A stretch of 64,000 nucleotides of DNA, taken from contig CADARP010000012.1 of assembly GCA_902790325.1 (NCBI GenBank), positions 9,475 through 73,474 on the forward strand, written 5' to 3'. This document shows positions 30,027 to 39,842 of the stretch, piece after piece. The notes beneath the pieces are model-generated. The model was not told where the DNA came from, searched no databases, and saw only the letters and a list, made by a program, of their open reading frames with translations. Position 1 is the stretch's first letter, and every line of letters starts with the position of its first letter. The stretch is from Oscillospiraceae bacterium. GTDB lineage: Bacteria; Bacillota; Clostridia; Oscillospirales; Acutalibacteraceae. A program made the translations under genes and the position numbers.

Positions 30027-31505
30027 ATGCTGGCACCCAAACAAATCAGAAGCTACCAATTCCAGTCTGCGGGCGAGGGTCTGTACAGAGCGGACGAGGT
30101 CGATGCGTTTTTCGGCACCGTCGGCAGCGCGTATGAAAAGATCTACAACGACAACGGCGACATGATCAAGCGCATCAACATGCTTGCCGATAAGGTCAAG
30201 GCGTACAAGGAAGAGGAAGAGCTCATCAAGAAGACGCTGCTCGTTGCGCAGAAACAGGCGGACGAGCTCGAGGAGACGTCCAAGCGCAAGAGCGAGGCGC
30301 TTGTCGCCTCGGCGCAGAAGCAGGCGCAGGAAAAGACGGCCGCGGCCGAGAAGCGCTCCAAGGATCTGCTGAATGCTTCCGAGGATCGCGCGCGTGTGAC
30401 GCTGGCCGACGCCAACCAGAAGGCTGCCGCCATCCTCAAGGGCGCGAGCGAGACCGCGGAAAACACGCTCACCACCGCCAGAAACAAGGCTGCGATGATG
30501 CTCAGCGAGGCGAAGTCGCGCGCGGAAAAGATGCTCACGGACGCACAGTCGAAATCCAACGAGATCCTCGGCTCCATCAAGAGCGAGACGGAGTCCGAAA
30601 AGAAAGCGCTCGAATCCGTCCGCGCACAGACCAAGGCATTCAAGCAGCAGCTGCTCGACTCTTATGACCAGCAGCGTATCATGGCTCTGCAGACGCTCGG
30701 CTTTGTCGACGCGGAAGACAGCGTGACGCGCAATGCGGTGCAGGCCGCGGCTGCCGTGACGCCGATTGCGGCGCCGGCGCCGATCGAACTGCCGGAGGAA
30801 CCCGCGATCGAACCGTCGATCCTGCCGATCGACACGAGTACATACTCCACCGAGGACGACGATCTGTTCATTGCGACCTTTGCCGAAACGGTCGACTCCG
30901 ATACGGCGGAGGAGCCGGCGGCGGAAACTGTCGAGCCGCAGCCCGAAACCACGCAAGCGCCTGCCGAGGACGAGAACGACGGTTTCTCGTTTGTGCAGAG
31001 TTTTGACGCGCTCATGTCCGAGCCCGAGCCTGTGAAGGCGGACGAGGAGGAGATCCCCGAGGTCGAACTTGCCGACATCGACGAGATCTTCAGCAGCGCG
31101 CTTGCGGCGCCTGCCGATCCCGAACCGCAGGAGCCGGAATTTGATTTTGTCACGCCGTTCGACGAGCTGAAGGATTCGTTCAGCGCGCCGGCCGCGCCGC
31201 AGGAACCGGAACAGGACAGCGCATTCAGCGCACGTATGCAGCAGATGCTGTCCGAGGAGCCGGAGGAGCCGACGCAGGTCGTGGAGCCGCTCGACCCGCC
31301 GAAGATGGCGAAGCAGCCGCAGGCGCCGGTCGAAGCGGAAGAGGATGACGACGACAAGCCGGAAAAGAAGCACCGCCGTTTTTCTCTGTTCAGCCGTTAT
31401 GAAGACGATGACGATGAAGATGAAGACGACGAGGATGACGATGAGGACGAGGACGACGACGAGGACGACGGCGACAGCAGTTTCCGCGGCTTCTTCCGCA
31501 GATAA
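30027..31505 (+). CDS. divIVA: DivIVA-domain protein with a long coiled coil and a poly-acidic C-terminal tail
   Basis: The DivIVA N-domain is FQSAGEGLYRADEVDAFFGTV. The ATG at 30027 follows GGAAGGAG. The tail is EDDDDEDEDDEDDDEDEDDDEDDGDSS. Confidence 0.8.
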   Translation: MLAPKQIRSYQFQSAGEGLYRADEVDAFFGTVGSAYEKIYNDNGDMIKRINMLADKVKAYKEEEELIKKTLLVAQKQADELEETSKRKSEALVASAQKQAQEKTAAAEKRSKDLLNASEDRARVTLADANQKAAAILKGASETAENTLTTARNKAAMMLSEAKSRAEKMLTDAQSKSNEILGSIKSETESEKKALESVRAQTKAFKQQLLDSYDQQRIMALQTLGFVDAEDSVTRNAVQAAAAVTPIAAPAPIELPEEPAIEPSILPIDTSTYSTEDDDLFIATFAETVDSDTAEEPAAETVEPQPETTQAPAEDENDGFSFVQSFDALMSEPEPVKADEEEIPEVELADIDEIFSSALAAPADPEPQEPEFDFVTPFDELKDSFSAPAAPQEPEQDSAFSARMQQMLSEEPEEPTQVVEPLDPPKMAKQPQAPVEAEEDDDDKPEKKHRRFSLFSRYEDDDDEDEDDEDDDEDEDDDEDDGDSSFRGFFRR

Positions 31506-31511
31506 TCGTCC

Positions 31512-32003
31512 ATGAAGAACCGAAAGGCGTTTCGGATCGCAGGCGAGCTGCTGCTGATCGGTATTTTGATCGGCGCAGACCAGCTTCTGAAGCAGTGGGC
31601 GGAGCGATCCCTCGGCAGCGGTCGTGTGCTGCAGGCTGACGGCTTCATGGCGCTGCGGTATGTGCGCAACACCGGTGCGGCATTCAGCATCCTGTCGGGC
31701 AGGACGGTCGTTCTGGTCTGGGGCACGGGGATCGTGCTGCTCGGCCTGACGGTATATCTGCTGCTCGGCCGCAGCAAAAACCGCCTGCTTGACGCGGCGC
31801 TGCTTCTGGTGATCGCGGGCGGCGCGGGCAATTTGATCGACCGCGTGCGGCTGGGATATGTGATCGACTATATCGAGCCGCTGTTTGTGGATTTTGCCGT
31901 GTTCAACTTTGCGGACTGTCTGATCACCGTCGGCGCCGCGCTGATGGTTGTGTGGGCGATCCGCGGAACGACACGGAAAAAGTCCCGAAAGGAAACGACG
32001 TGA
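31512..32003 (+). CDS. lspA: Lipoprotein signal peptidase II
   Basis: VRNTGAAFS, GGAGNLIDR and FNFADCLITVG motifs. Confidence 0.9.
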   Translation: MKNRKAFRIAGELLLIGILIGADQLLKQWAERSLGSGRVLQADGFMALRYVRNTGAAFSILSGRTVVLVWGTGIVLLGLTVYLLLGRSKNRLLDAALLLVIAGGAGNLIDRVRLGYVIDYIEPLFVDFAVFNFADCLITVGAALMVVWAIRGTTRKKSRKETT

Positions 32004-32938
32004 GAACATTCACCGTAGGACCCGAGGACGAGGGTCAGCGAGCCGATAAATATCTGGCGCTCACGGAACCGGAGTGGTCGCGTGCATTCATCCAGAAACT
32101 GCTGGAAGAGGAACGCGTCCTCCTGCGCGGCAAGGCCGTGCGCAAGAGCGGCAGGGTCAGCGCAGGCGACGTGCTGGAAGTGGATGTTCCGCCGGCGCGC
32201 GAGACCGCGGTCGTGCCGCAGGACATACCGCTCGACGTGCGGTACGAGGACGACTGGCTCCTGGTCGTCAACAAGCCGCGCGGCATGGTGGTACATCCCG
32301 CCGCAGGCAACCCGGACGGCACACTGGTCAATGCGCTGCTTTACCACTGCGGCGACAGTTTGTCCGGTATCAACGGCGAGATCCGTCCCGGCATCGTACA
32401 CCGCATCGACAAAGATACGAGCGGGCTTCTGATCGTAGCCAAGACCGACGCCGCGCATCGGGCGCTCGCCTCGCAGATCGAGGCGCATACGTTCCGCCGG
32501 GAATACCGCGCTGTGCTGCACGGTCATTTCCGGGACACGGCCGGTACGGTCGACGCGCCCATCGGGCGCAGCGAAAAGGACCGCAAAAAGATGTGCGTGA
32601 CGCAGAAAAACGCACGTCACGCGGTCACGCATTACAAGATACTGGAAGATTTCGGCGCGTTTTCCTACGCCGCGCTGCGGCTGGAGACCGGACGCACGCA
32701 CCAGATCCGCGTACACATGGCGCACATCGGTCATCCCGTTGCGGGAGATCCGGTGTACGGGCCGAAAAACGGTGTGACCGAGCTGCACGGCCAGTGCCTG
32801 CACGCCGGCCTGATCGGCTTCCGGCATCCGCAAGACGGACGTTATATCGAGATCGTTTCCGAGCTTCCGCCTTATTTTGAGGCGTTTCTGCGAAAGCTGC
32901 GGAATCAATATGGGAGAGACACGCATGCAGAAGGATAG
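32000..32938 (+). CDS. rluD: RluA-family 23S rRNA pseudouridine synthase (RluD-like)
   Basis: The GTG at 32000 overlaps the lspA stop (GTGA). S4 domain, catalytic HRIDKDTSGLL, TGRTHQIRVH. Confidence 0.85.
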   Translation: MRTFTVGPEDEGQRADKYLALTEPEWSRAFIQKLLEEERVLLRGKAVRKSGRVSAGDVLEVDVPPARETAVVPQDIPLDVRYEDDWLLVVNKPRGMVVHPAAGNPDGTLVNALLYHCGDSLSGINGEIRPGIVHRIDKDTSGLLIVAKTDAAHRALASQIEAHTFRREYRAVLHGHFRDTAGTVDAPIGRSEKDRKKMCVTQKNARHAVTHYKILEDFGAFSYAALRLETGRTHQIRVHMAHIGHPVAGDPVYGPKNGVTELHGQCLHAGLIGFRHPQDGRYIEIVSELPPYFEAFLRKLRNQYGRDTHAEG

Positions 32939-33404
32939 CAAGATCATTCTTATCATCACCTCGGTGATCGCCGCCGTGGCGGTCTGTATACTGCTGTTCC
33001 TGGGAATCCACTACCTGTTCGGCAATCCGGCAGGCTGGGTTTTCAAGGCGGATATGAAGACGTTCACGGTCGTGACCGGCGGCGACTATTCCGCGCAGCA
33101 GATCGCAAGCTATATGCGCCAGATGCGCGAGGACGATCTGACCTATCTGCGCGTCACGGACAAAGTCTACTGCGCCGTGGGCGGCGAGGATGTCTACGGG
33201 CATCTCGACGGCATGATGCAGGAACAGGGCTTCCAGTTCATCGGGTGCGACGGCAATCTGCAGAATATGCGCTGCTACTACAAGGACGGCAAGGCGTGCT
33301 GGGTGCGTGTGGAATTCGACATCAACGGCGTCTGGAGCATTTGGAACATCGGCAATCTGTTTGATTATGATCTGGCCAAGGACGGCTATAAGAATATGCA
33401 GTGA
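32925..33404 (+). CDS. Hypothetical membrane-anchored protein
   Basis: The ATG at 32925 follows GGGAGAG. N-terminal TM helix IILIITSVIAAVAVCILLFLG. No recognisable family. Confidence 0.5.
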   Translation: MQKDSKIILIITSVIAAVAVCILLFLGIHYLFGNPAGWVFKADMKTFTVVTGGDYSAQQIASYMRQMREDDLTYLRVTDKVYCAVGGEDVYGHLDGMMQEQGFQFIGCDGNLQNMRCYYKDGKACWVRVEFDINGVWSIWNIGNLFDYDLAKDGYKNMQ

Positions 33405-33464
33405 CACAGGGCTGCGCCGCACCGACTGCGGCGCGCTTTGCGTTGAATTTTGGAGGTGGCTGTT

Positions 33465-34307
33465 TTGAACGCAGCAGAAAAGAAAAATTTGCAAATCACC
33501 GCCTGTAAGGTACGCATGGGCATTATCGAGGGCGTATTTCAGGCAAAGTCGGGTCATCCCGGCGGCAGTCTTTCGGCGGCGGATATCATGACATACCTGT
33601 ATTTCAAGGTCATGCGCGTGGACCCGCAGAACCCGAAGTGGGAGGATCGTGACCGTTTTGTCCTCTCAAAAGGACACATCGCTCCGTGTCTGTACTCTGT
33701 GCTCGCACAGCGCGGCTTTTTCCCGGTCGAGGAACTCAAGACGCTGCGCAAGGTAGATTCGCGGCTGCAGGGACATCCGAGCATGCACTATACGCCCGGT
33801 GTGGACATGAGCTCCGGTTCGCTCGGCCAGGGCATTTCGACCGCGGTCGGTATGGCGCTGGGCGCGAAGATCGCCAAAAAGGACGTGCGCGTCTACACGG
33901 TGCTCGGCGACGGCGAGATCGGCGAGGGACAGGTTTGGGAGGCGGCTATGTATGCCGCGGCCAAGAAGCTCGATAACCTGGTCGCTGTGATCGACAACAA
34001 CAATCTGCAGATCGACGGTACGCTCGAGGAGGTCAATTCTCCCTATCCGATCCCCGAAAAATTCGCGGCGTTCGGCTGGAACGTCGTCGAGATCGATGCG
34101 CATGACTTCGACCAGATCGAGGATGCATTCGCAAAAGCGGCGGCGTGCAAGGGCAAACCCACCGCGATCGTTGCCAAGAGCGTCAAGGGCAAGGGCGTTT
34201 CCTTCATGGAGAACGAGTGCAAGTGGCACGGCTCTGCGCCCAACGCGGAACAGTACGAGCAGGCGATGCGTGAGCTGAACGCAGCGCTGGCGGAATTGGA
34301 GGGCTGA
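33465..34307 (+). CDS. Transketolase, N-terminal (TPP-binding) subunit
   Basis: SGHPGGSLSAADI and GDGEIGEGQVWEA motifs. The start is probably TTG 33465 after GGAGGTGG; the track starts at 33450. Confidence 0.85.
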   Translation: MNAAEKKNLQITACKVRMGIIEGVFQAKSGHPGGSLSAADIMTYLYFKVMRVDPQNPKWEDRDRFVLSKGHIAPCLYSVLAQRGFFPVEELKTLRKVDSRLQGHPSMHYTPGVDMSSGSLGQGISTAVGMALGAKIAKKDVRVYTVLGDGEIGEGQVWEAAMYAAAKKLDNLVAVIDNNNLQIDGTLEEVNSPYPIPEKFAAFGWNVVEIDAHDFDQIEDAFAKAAACKGKPTAIVAKSVKGKGVSFMENECKWHGSAPNAEQYEQAMRELNAALAELEG

Positions 34308-34309
34308 TC

Positions 34310-35257
34310 ATGGCAGATATCGTAAAAATCGCGACACGCGACAGCTACGGCAAGGCGCTCGTCGAAATGGGCGCAACGAACGATAAACTGGTTGTGCTGG
34401 ACGCCGACCTTGCGGCGGCGACCAAGACGGCAGGTTTCAAAAAGGCGTATCCCGACCGGTTCTTTGATACCGGCATCGCCGAGAGCAACATGATGTGCGT
34501 GGCGGGCGGACTTGCCACGATGGGCTTTACCGTGTTTGCCAGCACGTTCGCGATGTTCGCTGCGGGACGTGCGTTTGAGCAGGTGCGCAACACCATCGGC
34601 TATCCGCACCTGAACGTCAAGATCGGCGCGACGCACGCGGGCATCTCCGTCGGCGAGGACGGTGCGAGCCACCAGTGCTGTGAGGATATCGCGCTCATGC
34701 GCACGATCCCCGGCATGACGATCATCAATCCCGCCGACGATGTGGAAGCGCGTCAGGCGGTCTATGCGGCCGCCGCGATGGACGGCCCCGTGTATATGCG
34801 GTTCGGCAGACTGGCCGTGCCGGTGATCTTCGACGAGAGCTACAAGTTCGAGATCGGCAAGGGCGCACAGCTTGTGGACGGCACGGATGTGACAATCATC
34901 GCCACCGGCCTGATGGTCGGCGAAGCGCTCGCCGCCGCGGAGCTTCTGAAGGCGGACGGCATTTCCGCCGCCGTCGTCAACATGGCGACCATCAAGCCGA
35001 TCGACCGCGACATCATTGTCAATGCCGCGAACAAGACCGGTGCGATTGTGACGGCCGAGGAGCACAATATCATCGGAGGCCTGGGCGGCGCCGTGGCGGA
35101 GGTCATCTGCGAGACGGTTCCCGTTCCCGTGGTTCGTCTGGGCGTGGAGGACACGTTCGGTCGTTCCGGCCCCGCGCTTGAGCTGCTGCATGTGTTCGGA
35201 CTGGACGCGGCGCACATCGCCGAGAAGGCGAAGGCTGCCGTGGCGATGAAGAAATAA
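34310..35257 (+). CDS. Transketolase, C-terminal (pyrimidine-binding) subunit
   Basis: FFDTGIAESNMM and GASHQCCEDIALMR motifs. Immediately follows the N-terminal subunit. Confidence 0.9.
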   Translation: MADIVKIATRDSYGKALVEMGATNDKLVVLDADLAAATKTAGFKKAYPDRFFDTGIAESNMMCVAGGLATMGFTVFASTFAMFAAGRAFEQVRNTIGYPHLNVKIGATHAGISVGEDGASHQCCEDIALMRTIPGMTIINPADDVEARQAVYAAAAMDGPVYMRFGRLAVPVIFDESYKFEIGKGAQLVDGTDVTIIATGLMVGEALAAAELLKADGISAAVVNMATIKPIDRDIIVNAANKTGAIVTAEEHNIIGGLGGAVAEVICETVPVPVVRLGVEDTFGRSGPALELLHVFGLDAAHIAEKAKAAVAMKK

Positions 35258-35348
35258 AATGATTGCCGTTCGGTACGGCTTATGCTGTCCGGTGGAGAGC
35301 CGGACAGCATTTTACACTTTTTAACTATTCAGTCTTTTGGAGTGGCAT

Positions 35349-35723
35349 ATGGGAGAAACGGGCGACGTCCTGTTCGGCAGATCCGCATTCGGCGGATTCA
35401 ACCGCAGGGACGTGATGGACTATATCGACAAACTGCAGCGCGACGCCGCCGCAAAAAGCGGCGATCCCGATCTGCGTGCGCAGATCGAACGGGAGCTTGA
35501 CGCGCTGGAGCGGGAGAATCGCTCTTTGCGGGCGGAGAACGAGCGCCTTCGCGCACAGCTGCATGCGCAACAGACGGCGGACGCGAAACAGACGGATGCG
35601 CCGCGATCTGCCGCGCTGGCGGACGACGTGTTTTCCGCGACGGCCGAGACGGTGCGCGAATCCGAAACAAAGGGACTGTCCATGGGCGATGTTGATGAGA
35701 TGGTACAAAAATATTTCGGTTGA
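35349..35723 (+). CDS. Small DivIVA-like coiled-coil protein
   Basis: FGGFNRRDVMDYIDKL resembles the DivIVA N-domain, followed by a heptad-rich segment (ELDALERENRSLRAENERLRAQL). The ATG at 35349 follows GGAGTGG. Confidence 0.5.
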   Translation: MGETGDVLFGRSAFGGFNRRDVMDYIDKLQRDAAAKSGDPDLRAQIERELDALERENRSLRAENERLRAQLHAQQTADAKQTDAPRSAALADDVFSATAETVRESETKGLSMGDVDEMVQKYFG

Positions 35724-35748
35724 ATGACTGTTTTGAAGGATAATTTCG

Positions 35749-36279
35749 ATGGCAGAGCATAGGATTAAGGTTGAAGAACTGAAAGAAAAAGCGCCGATGC
35801 TGCATGCGGGCGACCGTGTGCTGCTGTCCGGCACCGTTTATACGGCGCGAGACGCCGCGCACAAGCGCATCACGGCGCTGCTCGATGCGGGCGAAGAATT
35901 GCCGTTTCCGCTTGCGGGCGCCTGCATCTATTATGCGGGACCTACGCCGGCGGAACCGGGCGCGGTGATCGGAAGCTGCGGACCGACGACGTCCGGCCGC
36001 ATGGATCGGTTTGCGCCGCGTCTTTTGGATCTGGGGCTTGCGGCCATGATCGGCAAGGGACAGCGGAACGCCGACGTTGTATCGGCGATCAAGCGCAACG
36101 GCGCGGTATATCTGTGCGCCGTGGGCGGCGCGGGCGCATTGGCCGCGCAGAGTGTGCAAAAGTGCGAGGAGATCGCGTTCAAAGATCTGGGATGTGAAAG
36201 TATCAAGCGTATGACGGTACTGGATTTCCCGCTGATCGTAGCCATTGATTCGGAGGGAAACGATCTTTTCAAGAGGTGA
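35749..36279 (+). CDS. Fe-S hydro-lyase beta subunit (class I fumarate hydratase / L-tartrate dehydratase C-terminal domain)
   Basis: LSGTVYTARDAAHKRI, YYAGPTPA, CGPTTSGRMD and MIGKGQR motifs of the FumA/TtdB C-terminal domain. Confidence 0.8.
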   Translation: MAEHRIKVEELKEKAPMLHAGDRVLLSGTVYTARDAAHKRITALLDAGEELPFPLAGACIYYAGPTPAEPGAVIGSCGPTTSGRMDRFAPRLLDLGLAAMIGKGQRNADVVSAIKRNGAVYLCAVGGAGALAAQSVQKCEEIAFKDLGCESIKRMTVLDFPLIVAIDSEGNDLFKR

Positions 36280-36283
36280 AGAC

Positions 36284-37318
36284 GTGTCCCTTTCCCTGTT
36301 CCTGCGGCAGATCATCGCGTCGCCCCCGCTCGGTTGGACGACGCTTCTGATTCTCGGCGTGGTCTTCGTCAACGGATGGACGGACGCGCCGAACGCGATC
36401 GCTACCTGCGTGTCGACCCGGTGTATGCCGGTGCGTGCGGCGGTGTTGATGGCGGCCGTCTGCAATCTTCTGGGCGTACTGGTCATGACGAGCCTCGGCG
36501 CGCTTGTCGCCGAGACCATCTACAACATTGCGGATTTCGGCGGCGACAAAAGCCGTGCGCTCATTGCGCTGTGCGCGGCGATGACGGCGATCGTGCTGTG
36601 GGCGGTCGCGGCTTGGGCATTCGGCATCCCGACCAGCGAAAGCCACGCGCTGATCGCGGGCGTATCCGGTGCGGCTGTTGCGCTTGAGGGGTTCGGCGCA
36701 CTGCACGGCGGAGAATGGATGAAAGTCCTGCTCGGACTGGTTTTGTCCGCTGTGCTCGGTTTTGCCTCCGGATTCTGCGTGGTCAAGGCCGTGGCGCGGC
36801 TGTTCCGGAATGTGCGTCTTGCGCCGGCGCAGCGGTTTTTCCGCGCGGCGCAGATCTTCGGCGGCGCGGCTATGGCATTTATGCACGGCGCGCAGGACGG
36901 ACAAAAATTTATCGGCATTTTTCTTCTGGGGATCTCTCTGGCGGGCGGCGCATCCGGTTTCACGGTCCCGCTTTGGCTGATGATCCTGTGCGCGTCGACG
37001 ATGGGGCTGGGCACATGCGTCGGCGGGTACAAGATCATCAAATCCGTCGGAATGGATATGGTGAAGCTCGAAAAATACGAGGGCTTCTCCGCGGATCTTG
37101 CAGGTGCGTTCTGTCTGTTTCTGTCTACGGTGACGGGACTGCCTGTCAGTACGACGCACACCAAGACCACGGCGATCATGGGCGTCGGTGCGGCGTCGCG
37201 TGTGCGGTCCGTGCGCTGGAGCGTGGCGCGGGATATGGCGCTCGCATGGGTGCTGACGTTTCCCGGCTGTTCGGCAGTCGGCTATTTGACGGCGCGGTTG
37301 TTCATGCGCCTGTTTTGA
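36284..37318 (+). CDS. pit: Inorganic phosphate transporter, PiT family
   Basis: NGWTDAPNAIAT signature and a multi-TM profile. GTG at 36284 after AGAGGTGA. Confidence 0.85.
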   Translation: MSLSLFLRQIIASPPLGWTTLLILGVVFVNGWTDAPNAIATCVSTRCMPVRAAVLMAAVCNLLGVLVMTSLGALVAETIYNIADFGGDKSRALIALCAAMTAIVLWAVAAWAFGIPTSESHALIAGVSGAAVALEGFGALHGGEWMKVLLGLVLSAVLGFASGFCVVKAVARLFRNVRLAPAQRFFRAAQIFGGAAMAFMHGAQDGQKFIGIFLLGISLAGGASGFTVPLWLMILCASTMGLGTCVGGYKIIKSVGMDMVKLEKYEGFSADLAGAFCLFLSTVTGLPVSTTHTKTTAIMGVGAASRVRSVRWSVARDMALAWVLTFPGCSAVGYLTARLFMRLF

Positions 37319-37334
37319 GCGAAAGGAACGTGCT

Positions 37335-37958
37335 ATGCAGCGAGCGCATAAACAGGACTATTTCCAAACACTCGAGCGCCAATCCGCATACGGCGTGCAG
37401 GCGTCGCAGATCGTGCGGGATTTTCTCACGGACTTCGACGCGTTCCGTATGCCCGGAACGGTGCGCGAGATGCACCGCATCGAGCAGGAGGCGGACAGTC
37501 TGCGCCGCGAGATGACCGAGGCGCTCTCTCGCGAGTTTCTGCCGCCGATCGAGCGCGAGGATTTGCTGGCGCTGTCGATGGGACTTGACGACGTGACCGA
37601 CGCGGCAGAGGACACGCTGCGGCATTTATATATGTTTAACGTAGAATCGGCGACTTCCGACGCGGCGGAGCTTGCGGACGCGGCGCTCTCGTGCTGCGGC
37701 GCGCTGCACCGCGCGGTGTGCGCCTTCCGGGAATTCAAAAAGATCGACAAACTGCGGCCGCTGCTGCTGACCGTTCATGAATGGGAATCAAAAAGCGACG
37801 CGTTATATACCGAAAGCGTGCGGCGGCTCTACTGCGGGACGAACGACCCGCGCCGGCTGCTGCGCTGGACGCAGATCTACGGCAATTTAGAAAGCTGCTG
37901 CGACGTGTGCGAGCGCGCTGCGGATCTGATGGAGACCGTGATGTTCAAAAATGCATAG
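37335..37958 (+). CDS. DUF47-family (PhoU-like) Pit accessory protein
   Basis: About 205 aa, helical, adjacent to pit. Pattern DYF...E.E.D......L...F..P..RED is typical of DUF47. Confidence 0.75.
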   Translation: MQRAHKQDYFQTLERQSAYGVQASQIVRDFLTDFDAFRMPGTVREMHRIEQEADSLRREMTEALSREFLPPIEREDLLALSMGLDDVTDAAEDTLRHLYMFNVESATSDAAELADAALSCCGALHRAVCAFREFKKIDKLRPLLLTVHEWESKSDALYTESVRRLYCGTNDPRRLLRWTQIYGNLESCCDVCERAADLMETVMFKNA

Positions 37959-37982
37959 CATTTTATCAGAAAGGAATAAGAA

Positions 37983-39308
37983 ATGGCATATCCAATTGTA
38001 GCGATCGTCGGCAGACCCAACGTGGGCAAATCCACGCTGTTCAACAAGCTGACCGGCAGCCGTCTGTCCATCGTGGACGATACGCCCGGCGTGACGCGCG
38101 ACCGCATCTTCGGCGAGTGCGAGTGGCTGGGACACACGTTTCTGCTGGTGGATACCGGCGGTATCGAGCCGTTCTCGGACGACGTGATCCTCTCGCAGAT
38201 GCGCCGTCAGGCGGAGCTGGCGATCGACAGCGCCGACGTGATCGTGCTCGTGACGGATATCCGTTCCGGTGTGGTCGCGACCGACGCGGAAGTTGCAAAC
38301 ATGCTGCAAAAGAGCGGCAAACCCATCGTTCTCTGCGTCAACAAGTGCGATGCCGTGGGCGAGACGCCTGCGGAGTTTTATGAGTTTTATAATCTGGGTC
38401 TGGGCGATCCGATCGCCGTTTCCTCCGTCCACGGACACGGGACGGGCGATCTGCTCGACGAAGTGCTGCGGTATCTGCCGGAACATGCGGCCGAGGAAGA
38501 GGAGGACGACCGCATCCGTGTCGCCGTGATCGGCAAGCCCAACGTCGGCAAGTCGTCGCTGGTCAACGCCATCTGCGGCGAGAACCGCATGATCGTCTCC
38601 AACATCGCCGGTACGACGCGCGACGCGACCGACACGGCGGTGGAAAACAAATACGGAAAATTCATCTTCATCGACACCGCCGGACTGCGGCGCAAGAGCC
38701 GTGTCGATACGGCGATCGAAAAATACTCCGTCATCCGCGCGCGCATGGCAGTGGAACGCGCACAGGTCTGCGTCATCATGATCGACGCGACCGAGGGTTT
38801 CACCGAGCAGGATTCCAAGGTTGCGGGCATTGCGCACGAGCAGGGCAAGGCATGCATCATTGCGGTCAACAAGTGGGACGCGGTGGAAAAGGACGGCAAA
38901 ACGATGGACGCCGCGCGCAAGAAGCTGATGAACGATTTCTCGTTCATGTCCTATGCGCCCATCATTTTCATTTCCGCCAAGACCGGACAGCGGCTCGACC
39001 GGCTGTTCGAGCTGATCAAATACGTCGACGACCAGAACGCCATGCGCATCAAGACCGGTCGGCTCAATGAGATCCTTGCCGCGGCGACAACGCGTGTGCA
39101 GCCGCCGACGGACAAGGGCAGACGGCTCAAGATCTACTACATGACGCAGGCGTCGACGCGTCCGCCGACGTTCGTCTGCTTCGTCAACCGCAAGGATCTG
39201 TTCCATTACAGCTACCAGCGGTATCTGGACAACCAGATCCGCGAGGTGTTCGGACTCGAGGGTACGCCGACGCGATGGATCGTGCGGGAAAGAGAGCAGA
39301 AGTCATGA
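37983..39308 (+). CDS. der: Ribosome biogenesis GTPase Der (EngA)
   Basis: Two G domains (GRPNVGKSTLFN and GKPNVGKSSLVN) plus a KH-like C-terminus. Confidence 0.95.
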   Translation: MAYPIVAIVGRPNVGKSTLFNKLTGSRLSIVDDTPGVTRDRIFGECEWLGHTFLLVDTGGIEPFSDDVILSQMRRQAELAIDSADVIVLVTDIRSGVVATDAEVANMLQKSGKPIVLCVNKCDAVGETPAEFYEFYNLGLGDPIAVSSVHGHGTGDLLDEVLRYLPEHAAEEEEDDRIRVAVIGKPNVGKSSLVNAICGENRMIVSNIAGTTRDATDTAVENKYGKFIFIDTAGLRRKSRVDTAIEKYSVIRARMAVERAQVCVIMIDATEGFTEQDSKVAGIAHEQGKACIIAVNKWDAVEKDGKTMDAARKKLMNDFSFMSYAPIIFISAKTGQRLDRLFELIKYVDDQNAMRIKTGRLNEILAAATTRVQPPTDKGRRLKIYYMTQASTRPPTFVCFVNRKDLFHYSYQRYLDNQIREVFGLEGTPTRWIVREREQKS

Positions 39309-39826
39309 GGATCCTCGGCATCGACCCCGGCTACGCGATCGTCGGCTACGGCGTGATCGACTATCAGAATACGCGCTTTTCCGTCGTGGATTACGGCGCG
39401 ATCCTGACCGACGCCGGCACGCCCTTCAACGAGCGGCTCGAGCAGATCTACGACGAGACGTTTGCTCTCATGCAGCGATGGAAGCCGCAGGCAATGGCAA
39501 TCGAGAAGCTGTTTTACAACACCAACGCAAAGACCGTCATCGACGTCGGTCAGGCGCGCGGCGCGCTGATCCTCGCGGCGCAGAAAAACGCGCTCGAGAT
39601 TGCGGAATATACGCCCCTGCAGGTCAAGCAGAGCGTGGTCGGCTACGGCCGCGCAGAGAAAAAGCAGGTGCAGGAGATGACAAAGCTGATTCTGAACCTT
39701 GCAAAGATTCCCAAGCCCGACGACACCGCGGACGCGCTGGCGATCGCAATCTGCCATGCCCATGCGGGCGGCTCGCTGTTCGCAGGCGGCAAGATCGACA
39801 TGTCGCGTGTGCGCAACGGGATATGA
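39305..39826 (+). CDS. ruvC: Crossover junction endodeoxyribonuclease RuvC
   Basis: MRILGIDPGYAIVGYG N-terminus. ATGA overlap with the der stop. Confidence 0.9.
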   Translation: MRILGIDPGYAIVGYGVIDYQNTRFSVVDYGAILTDAGTPFNERLEQIYDETFALMQRWKPQAMAIEKLFYNTNAKTVIDVGQARGALILAAQKNALEIAEYTPLQVKQSVVGYGRAEKKQVQEMTKLILNLAKIPKPDDTADALAIAICHAHAGGSLFAGGKIDMSRVRNGI

Positions 39827-39842
39827 TATGGAGTAAAAACGC

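Noticed and set aside
31380-31490. The repetitive GA-rich tract as a possible tandem repeat or CRISPR-like array.
   Set aside because: It is in frame within the divIVA-like CDS and encodes a poly-Asp/Glu tail. It has no spacer-repeat structure. No CRISPR array was seen anywhere in the window.
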